Shown piece after piece: positions 57,440 to 64,000 of a stretch of DNA of 64,000 nucleotides. Made by a program: the position numbers and the translations under genes. The first letter of the stretch is position 1, and each line of letters opens with the position of its first letter. The stretch covers positions 45,564-109,563 of IMG/VR virus record IMGVR_UViG_3300020379_000218; one strand, written 5' to 3'. Below the pieces are notes generated by a model. It was not told where the DNA came from. It saw nothing but the letters and a program-made list of their open reading frames with translations, and ran no database searches. This DNA is from a virus (taxonomy: Duplodnaviria > Caudoviricetes).

Positions 57440-60386
57440 TTTTCAAAAGAAACATAGAATGGACTATGTAAAAGAATTATTGAAGAAGTGCAAGTCTGTA
57501 GCAGAAGACTTGAATGATTTAACACACCCTAAAGTAGAACCAAAACCTGTACAAAATATTGTAGGTGATTGGAAGAAAATAGATGTAGCACCACCTACAG
57601 AAAACGATAGTCCAGAAACTAAAAGAGAAATGGAAATGATGACTGAACTATTTAAAGAAAGAAATAGTGCAGTTGAGAAAAGTGTAGAGAACCACGACCA
57701 AGAAGTATTTTATGGTATAGAAAAATACCTAATGCAATACAACCTTGAATATAATATGAAAGATATTAAAGAGTTGAAAAAAGCAGGTAGTGGTGTAGTA
57801 AGACATTATAAAAACAAATTTCAAAGACCAAGACCATATGAACTTGCAGAAGCAATGAATATGAAGTTTGATAGTATGGAGTTAATTTCAGATAGTATGA
57901 AAACTCCTGCGTATCCATCTGGTCATAGTTTACAAAGTAGACTACTTGCAGAATACTATGGTAAATTATATCCTAAACATAAAGATAATCTAATAGAACT
58001 TGCTGATGAATGTGGTTATGGTAGAGTTGTTGCAGGTTGGCATTATCCATCTGACCATTTAGTTTCTGTAAAAATTGCTCAGGAATTAATCAATATGGTT
58101 AATATTCAGGAAAGTATTATAGATATTCCTAGAAAAACATATGCACCAGGTGTATTTGATGACGAAGATACAAACAATCCTAAATTAAAACCAAGTGTAG
58201 TAAAACAAATACAAGACCAAATTAAAGTATTTGCAAAAGATTATCCAGTAATTAAGTATGGTTTAATCGGTTCTATATTAACAAAGAGATATAGAAATGA
58301 CGCAGATTTAGATATTAATGTATTGTTTGATGTACCAGTAGAAAAAAGAGAAGAAGAAAGAGTTAATCTTTCACAAAAATATTTAAGTGCAAAGAATCCT
58401 AATAGTGTGAATGGTAAATTAATACCAGGCACAAAACATCCTATTAACTATTATTTCTTAACAGACGAAGAAACATATAAATCACAAGAGAAGAAAGCAG
58501 ACGCAGTATTTTCAATTACTAGAAATGTATTTGTAAAAAGACCAGATGACTTTACTTTTAATGTAAGTGATTATATTGATGACTTCAATAAGAAAGTACA
58601 AGAAATAGATGTAGTCAAAGGTGAATTAAAAAGAGACATTATTGACTATGACGAATTACAAGAATTAGGTCCTAACGATATAGAAAACTTACAAGGTAGA
58701 ATAGAAAGTAAGTTAGAAGAAATAGAAAACGATATAGAGGACATAATAAAAATTGGTGACGGAGTTGACGCAGATAGACGAAGTGCGTTTGACAAAGATA
58801 TGTCGCCAGACGAAATCAGAAAGTATGGTATAAAAAATAGATTGCCTAAAAATGTAATCTATAAGATGTTAGAGAAATATCATTACATTACTTTCTATAA
58901 GAAGTGCAAGAAGATTTTAGATGACGGCGAGGTAACAGACGCTGAAATAGATAGTCTAAAAACTGAAGCAGTAGGCACACCTAAAAAACATATAGCATTT
59001 ACATTTGGTAGATTTAATCCACCAACGATAGGCCACGAAAAGTTAATTAACAAAGTGGCGTCTGTAGGTGCTAATGATTATCTCATTGTGCCAAGTGGTT
59101 CGCAAGACCCAAAGAAAAATCCATTAAAAGTTAACGACAAGATTAGAGTTATGAAGTCTATGTTTCCTAGACACGCAAGTAAGATAAAACAAATTACTGG
59201 TGCTAGAACAGCGATTGAAGTTGTTAATAAATTAAATGGCAAAGCAAACGAAATAACAATGGTAGTTGGTTCAGATAGAGTAAGAGAATTTGAAACACTA
59301 CTTAAAAAGTACAACGGTGTACAAGCAAGAGGAACTAATTACGAGTTTGATAAAATCAATATCGTATCTGCTGGCGAAAGAGACCCAGACGCTGAAGGCG
59401 CTATGGGAATGTCAGCAAGTAAAATGAGAGACGCTGCCACTAAAGGTGATTTAGTATCTTTCAAAAAAGGTTTACCAACTACATTTAGAGACAAAGAAAA
59501 ATTATTTGGTCTAATTAGAAAAGGTATGAACTTGGCTGCTGGTTATGGTCCTGGTTTAGGAACATATAAACCTATGACAAGTATTGAAAACTTTACTCAA
59601 TGGCAATTGAGAGACTTGTATATCCGTGAACAAATATTTAACATAAATGATATGGCTGAAGACCAAGAACAAGAAATTACAGGTAAAGTAATTCGTAGAA
59701 GTACGAACTATATTGTGTTAGAAGATAATAATTCTAACTTACATAAATGTTGGATTTGGAATTGTATTCCACAATCTTTCATAGACGAGACTAAACTACA
59801 CGAAATTAATTTAAATGTTGATTATGGTTTTGAAGCCGTGTCGGAAACGGAAGTCAAAATGAACAACGAAGAATATGGTAAGAAATTACCACAAGATAAA
59901 GATGTAAAAGATAAGAAAGGTACTCAACCGAAGAAGTACTATAAAGATATGAAGAAAGGTGAGAAAGACAAAAGAGCTGCTCACTTTGCAAAACAAAAAT
60001 ATAAGAAGTCTGATGGAGACAAAGATTATAAGGCTGCACCAGGCGACAAAGACGCAAAGACTAAAACTAGTGTACATACGAAGAAGTATCAACAGATGTA
60101 TGGTAAAGAAGCGTATGAGATAGGTAAAGATTGGGCTAATCATACTAAAGATATGACACCTGGAGAGACTAGTCCAGAGCGTCCTATAACGGCAAAAGAG
60201 CGTGCTGAACAAAGTCCAGAGAGAATTAATGCAGAAGATATACAGAAATGGGCTTCTTCAAGTGAGACTATTGATAAATATAAGAAACGATACGGCGAAG
60301 AGTATCAAAAAGAATTAGATGAAGCTGTGAATAAAATGGAGGAAAGATTGAAAGTACAATCTTTTAAAGAGTATGTTAAGATTTAG
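57429..60386 (+). CDS. Multidomain protein: PAP2 phosphatase, Pol-beta nucleotidyltransferase, HIGH-type cytidyltransferase-like domain and C-terminal modules
   Basis: KNKFQRPRP, PSGH, GRVVAGWHYPSD; IGS...DADLD; FGRFNPPTIGH and MSASKMR. Confidence 0.85.
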   Translation: MPDNFQKKHRMDYVKELLKKCKSVAEDLNDLTHPKVEPKPVQNIVGDWKKIDVAPPTENDSPETKREMEMMTELFKERNSAVEKSVENHDQEVFYGIEKYLMQYNLEYNMKDIKELKKAGSGVVRHYKNKFQRPRPYELAEAMNMKFDSMELISDSMKTPAYPSGHSLQSRLLAEYYGKLYPKHKDNLIELADECGYGRVVAGWHYPSDHLVSVKIAQELINMVNIQESIIDIPRKTYAPGVFDDEDTNNPKLKPSVVKQIQDQIKVFAKDYPVIKYGLIGSILTKRYRNDADLDINVLFDVPVEKREEERVNLSQKYLSAKNPNSVNGKLIPGTKHPINYYFLTDEETYKSQEKKADAVFSITRNVFVKRPDDFTFNVSDYIDDFNKKVQEIDVVKGELKRDIIDYDELQELGPNDIENLQGRIESKLEEIENDIEDIIKIGDGVDADRRSAFDKDMSPDEIRKYGIKNRLPKNVIYKMLEKYHYITFYKKCKKILDDGEVTDAEIDSLKTEAVGTPKKHIAFTFGRFNPPTIGHEKLINKVASVGANDYLIVPSGSQDPKKNPLKVNDKIRVMKSMFPRHASKIKQITGARTAIEVVNKLNGKANEITMVVGSDRVREFETLLKKYNGVQARGTNYEFDKINIVSAGERDPDAEGAMGMSASKMRDAATKGDLVSFKKGLPTTFRDKEKLFGLIRKGMNLAAGYGPGLGTYKPMTSIENFTQWQLRDLYIREQIFNINDMAEDQEQEITGKVIRRSTNYIVLEDNNSNLHKCWIWNCIPQSFIDETKLHEINLNVDYGFEAVSETEVKMNNEEYGKKLPQDKDVKDKKGTQPKKYYKDMKKGEKDKRAAHFAKQKYKKSDGDKDYKAAPGDKDAKTKTSVHTKKYQQMYGKEAYEIGKDWANHTKDMTPGETSPERPITAKERAEQSPERINAEDIQKWASSSETIDKYKKRYGEEYQKELDEAVNKMEERLKVQSFKEYVKI

Positions 60387-60912
60387 TGATTACGCAAACA
60401 AGATAACTACTAGTTTACACTATCACATAGAGAACAACATACCTCTTGCTGAAAACATTTATAGAGTACACAGCGAAGAGTTTTATGCCTTGTTTAGAGA
60501 AGCAAGACACTTATATAATGAAGGCCTTTTACAATGCGATAGTGAATGGGATGTAAAATTGTTAGAAACTAATATCGGAGAATTTGCCGATTACGAAGGT
60601 ATGAAAGTACCTTTAGATTGTCCGATACAAGAAGAAGACGAAAAGAATCCGCCTTTAAACAAACCAAAAAAAGGTGGACCTAAAAAGTTTTATGTCTTTG
60701 TAAGAGACGGTGAAAAGATTAAAAAGGTAACTTGGGGAGACACAACTGGTTTAAAAGTCAAATTGAATGACAAAGAAGCCAGAAAATCTTTTGCAGCTAG
60801 GCACAGATGTGACCAGCAGAAAGATAGAACAAAAGCCGCATATTGGGCTTGTAATCTTCCGAGATATGCGAAGTCATTAGGACTATCGGGAGGTGGTAAC
60901 TTTTACTGGTAG
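60373..60912 (+). CDS. Conserved hypothetical protein
   Basis: LNKPKKGGPKKFYVFV, ARKSFAARHRC, AAYWAC. Confidence 0.65.
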   Translation: MLRFSDYANKITTSLHYHIENNIPLAENIYRVHSEEFYALFREARHLYNEGLLQCDSEWDVKLLETNIGEFADYEGMKVPLDCPIQEEDEKNPPLNKPKKGGPKKFYVFVRDGEKIKKVTWGDTTGLKVKLNDKEARKSFAARHRCDQQKDRTKAAYWACNLPRYAKSLGLSGGGNFYW

Positions 60913-60915
60913 GAG

Positions 60916-61197
60916 GTGACGATGGAATTTTATGATATGCGACCAGATGAAACGGCGACGGAAGATGTATTTCAACGAAGTTTCAATCAGGATGCCAAAG
61001 AAGAAAATTTAGTTTGGCATAGAGATAAAAGAGATAGAGAGATAAGAATTATTGCAGGAGTAAATTGGAAATTACAAATGGACAATCAACTCCCAGTCGT
61101 TATGAAAGTCGGAGATGTTTTCAACATACCTAAGGAAACATTTCATAGAGTACATAAAGGTGAAGGTAGACTAATAATAGAAATAAAGGAATCTTAG
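60916..61197 (+). CDS. Cupin-fold protein
   Basis: WHRD, IPKETFHRV; AGGAG RBS. Confidence 0.7.
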   Translation: MTMEFYDMRPDETATEDVFQRSFNQDAKEENLVWHRDKRDREIRIIAGVNWKLQMDNQLPVVMKVGDVFNIPKETFHRVHKGEGRLIIEIKES

Positions 61198-61206
61198 GAG
61201 AATAAA

Positions 61207-63024
61207 ATGACAAGATATACGCAATCAATGAGAGCCGCATTAGAAGAGGTGTGGGCAAATGATATTCAAATTGATGAAGGCAAAATGAAGACTATCGCAA
61301 CTCTCTTTGACCAGGGTAAATCTGCCGAAGACATTGCAAAGAAAATGAAGTTGCCACTAGCAACTATCAAAACAATTCTAGGTGAAGAAGATATTAAAGA
61401 AGATAATCTTTTAGAGTTTACAGACGCTCAAATTGCAAAACTTAAAAAAGAATATTCAGGACTTGCAGGTAAAAGAATTTCACTTGCGAGAGCAAACCAA
61501 TTAAGAAATATCTTTGATAGAATTGCAGATGTTCAATTACCTAAACTCTTCAAAGCAGACATTCCTTTTATTAGTGCTATGGCAGTATCTCGTATGATAC
61601 AAAAAGGTATCAAAGTACCTAAAGGTGTTAAACTAACAGCATTTGAAAATAAATCTTGGGACCAAGTTATTTCAGAATATACAGAATATGTTGAGTATAT
61701 GGCAAAGAACTCTGGTGAAGCAAGTAAGATTGCCTCTATGTTTAAAGGTAAAACTGGTGGTGGAGAAATTTCTAAATCTGGTTCAGAAGTTAGAATTGAT
61801 AGTGCAAAAGATGTTGAACCTATACACAACACGGTAATGAAAAACTTTCCTGATACTAGAATACTTACAAAAGAAGATGACGAATTAAAAGAAGGTACTG
61901 GAACTATCAAAGGTTTTAGAGACGACAAAGAAAAATCAAATATGATTTCACTTGCGAAACAACACGGACTTAAAGTTTCAGATGTTGCAGGTGGTATACA
62001 ATTAAAAGGTAATATGAGAAAGATATTAGATATGCAGTTGGCTGCTGGTTCACACTTGAAGACAGAAAGTTTAGATGAAGCAGTACTTGCTGGTAGAGAT
62101 TACAAATATACAGGTAAAGGTCCTGTAGAAATCAGTAAAGCAAACTTTAAAAAGATTTCAAAAGACTTTAAGAAGACAACACCAGGGCAAGAAATGATGG
62201 TAGTACTTGACCCTAAAACACACGGCACGGTACTTGCACCTGTTAAGTTTACAGAAGAAACAGAAAACGGTGAAGTAGATAGTGGTAAGATTAAATTAAA
62301 AGATTTAATTGGTAAGAAAGAAGACAAGAAAGAAGATAATAAAGAAAAGACTAAAGATACAATTGATGGTTTAAAAGACCAAATTCATATGTTGAAAACA
62401 AAATTAGAAAACGAAAAGAATAAGGCAATCAAACCTGAACCAAATCCTGATACAGGTGAAGTTCCTCTCCAAGTTGGTATTGCACATAAGATATTAAGAG
62501 ATAAAGAAAAAGCTGAAACAAAAAAGAAATCTGTAGATGAAGGCTTCGCTTCAGACGCACAAAGAAAAGCTGCGTTTGCAAACGGATATAAAGAAAAAGG
62601 TAAAGACAAAAAAGAAGATACAGACTTAACTAAAGACCAAATCAAACAAGTACACAAAAAGGCAGATGAATTACCGAAGAAGAAATTTAAAGACGCTTAT
62701 GGTAAAAAAGGTGATAGTGTAAGATATGGTACAGCAACTAATATAGTTAAGAAGAAATTAAATATAGAGAATAAAGACCATCCTGCTAAAATGAAGTACG
62801 AACAGATAGAAGGTCTTAAAAAGAAAGCAGAAAAATCTGGAATGCCATATGGTATTCTAAAGAAAGTTTACGATAGAGGAATGGCTGCCTGGAAAGGTGG
62901 ACATAGACCTGGTGCTAGTCAACATCAATGGGCATTTGCTAGAGTAAATTCATTCATAACAAAATCAAGTGGAACTTGGGGTGGGGCAGACAAAGACCTT
63001 GCCGCTAAAGTAAAAGGAAAGTAA
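61207..63024 (+). CDS. Lys/Glu-rich modular protein, probable internal head polyprotein
   Basis: Short modules separated by hydrophobic-x-E sites; C-terminal VYDRGMAAW...WAFARVNSF domain. Confidence 0.6.
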   Translation: MTRYTQSMRAALEEVWANDIQIDEGKMKTIATLFDQGKSAEDIAKKMKLPLATIKTILGEEDIKEDNLLEFTDAQIAKLKKEYSGLAGKRISLARANQLRNIFDRIADVQLPKLFKADIPFISAMAVSRMIQKGIKVPKGVKLTAFENKSWDQVISEYTEYVEYMAKNSGEASKIASMFKGKTGGGEISKSGSEVRIDSAKDVEPIHNTVMKNFPDTRILTKEDDELKEGTGTIKGFRDDKEKSNMISLAKQHGLKVSDVAGGIQLKGNMRKILDMQLAAGSHLKTESLDEAVLAGRDYKYTGKGPVEISKANFKKISKDFKKTTPGQEMMVVLDPKTHGTVLAPVKFTEETENGEVDSGKIKLKDLIGKKEDKKEDNKEKTKDTIDGLKDQIHMLKTKLENEKNKAIKPEPNPDTGEVPLQVGIAHKILRDKEKAETKKKSVDEGFASDAQRKAAFANGYKEKGKDKKEDTDLTKDQIKQVHKKADELPKKKFKDAYGKKGDSVRYGTATNIVKKKLNIENKDHPAKMKYEQIEGLKKKAEKSGMPYGILKKVYDRGMAAWKGGHRPGASQHQWAFARVNSFITKSSGTWGGADKDLAAKVKGK

Positions 63025-63025
63025 T

Positions 63026-63331
63026 ATGTCATATTTAAAAAGTAAACCTGGTTCAGTAGAAGAAGCGATAACAGCTGCAGTAATGCAAGAGAAGTTATCT
63101 CCTAAACAACAGAAACTAGATAAGAACAATAACGGTAAGATAGATGGTTCTGACCTTGCAAAATTAAGAGCAAAGAAAGAAGATAATACTGGAGATACGG
63201 TATTACCTAAATCACAGGAACCAAAAGACCCTATGAACATCAAGTCTAAAGAACCTGAAAAGAAAACTACTGAAAATCAGACAAAATCTGACAAGATAGA
63301 TGTTAATCCAAAGATAGATTATCAAGCATAA
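63026..63331 (+). CDS. Small EF-hand-like protein
   Basis: LDKNNNGKIDGSDL. Confidence 0.65.
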   Translation: MSYLKSKPGSVEEAITAAVMQEKLSPKQQKLDKNNNGKIDGSDLAKLRAKKEDNTGDTVLPKSQEPKDPMNIKSKEPEKKTTENQTKSDKIDVNPKIDYQA

Positions 63332-63355
63332 TCGTATTTTTTTTCATTTTTTTGC

Positions 63356-63384
63356 TTGACAAGGCTGATTTTTTATGTTAGTAT
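63356..63384 (+). promoter_or_regulatory. Early promoter module
   Basis: T tracts then GC-TTGACA-17-TAGTAT, then AAAAGGA RBS. Confidence 0.7.
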
Positions 63385-63413
63385 AAAGCATAATGAGAAA
63401 AGGATTAAACACT

Positions 63414-64000
63414 ATGAAATACAAAGAACTACGACAAGATGTAGTACATCAAGTCAAAAAAATATCACTTACAAACGAAGCATTTAGACAAGACAATAAG
63501 AAGTTGCCTCGTATCTATTGTGATATGGACGGTGTTCTTTGTAATTTTGAACAGGCTGCTGAAAAAGCAGTTAAAATGCCATTATCACAATGGGCATTAG
63601 AACCTAGAAAAAAATTTAAAACAATAAGAGATAAGTGGCAACCAATAATGCAGACTAAAAATTTCTGGTCTACATTACCTTGGAACCCAGGTGGTCAAAG
63701 ACTATGGTCATTTATTAATAAGTATGACCCACATATCTTATCTGCTTATGTAGAACAAACTACAGACCCTAATTGTATACCTGGCAAAAGTAAATGGGCT
63801 AGAACAAAATTAGGAATGTCTGGTAGTAAAGTGAATTTAGTAAAAAGAAGAGAAAAACAAAACTTTGCTAAAGTTGGTGGTATGCCAACAATTCTGATTG
63901 ACGACTATATAAAAAACATAAATCAGTTTAGAAGTAGAGGTGGTATCGGTATTCATCATACAAGTACTGCTAAAACTATCAATGAACTAAAGAAACTTGG
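63414..64000 (+). CDS. HAD-family 5'(3')-deoxyribonucleotidase-like protein, 3'-truncated (not in ORF track)
   Basis: Manual translation: IYCDMDGVL, ILSA, GKSKW, LIDDY, GGIGIHH; no stop before window end. Confidence 0.85.
   Translation, partial: MKYKELRQDVVHQVKKISLTNEAFRQDNKKLPRIYCDMDGVLCNFEQAAEKAVKMPLSQWALEPRKKFKTIRDKWQPIMQTKNFWSTLPWNPGGQRLWSFINKYDPHILSAYVEQTTDPNCIPGKSKWARTKLGMSGSKVNLVKRREKQNFAKVGGMPTILIDDYIKNINQFRSRGGIGIHHTSTAKTINELKKL

Noticed and set aside
1309-63243. All minus-strand ORFs in the track and short nested plus-strand ORFs
   Set aside because: They are shadows of long, motif-bearing plus-strand genes, with no recognisable motifs
1-64000. CRISPR array, integrase, transposase, intron or intein
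   Set aside because: No spaced direct repeats or mobile-element motifs seen; gp17, gp41 and gp43 are uninterrupted

Overview
A 64-kb segment of a low-GC (roughly one-third GC by eye) T4-like myovirus, with all credible genes on the + strand. The host is most likely a marine alphaproteobacterium such as SAR11. This is inferred from the Shemin-type ALA synthase and the bS21/PDF/Hsp20 gene set. The T4 core is intact: neck, tail, terminase, portal and head genes gp13-gp23 (4459-18510); gp3, uvsY, uvsW, gp55, gp47 and gp46; gp45, gp44, gp62, regA and gp43; uvsX and gp41. Accessory genes include a tetrapyrrole cassette (degenerate heme oxygenase, hemO, pcyX, hemA), an AlkB/XylM-type membrane di-iron enzyme, peptide deformylase, a GNAT/2OG-oxygenase/PLP/odd-MTase cluster, three further DNA MTases, a CobT/CobS-like pair, bS21, Hsp20, peroxiredoxin, a RimK-protease fusion, ferredoxin and tRNA-Arg(TCT). 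Best candidates for undescribed biology: (1) a late-promoter operon (54291-63331) whose enzymes carry T4 capsid-targeting-like N-termini and gp21-like cleavage sites at domain junctions, suggesting a packaged and injected enzyme payload; (2) an intergenic RNA of three consecutive H-type pseudoknots behind the bS21 gene; (3) a possible DNA-hypermodification cluster; (4) strong GATC and GATGC/GCATC avoidance, relaxed only in a GGAT/ATCC context. All calls come from motif reading and synteny; no searches were run.
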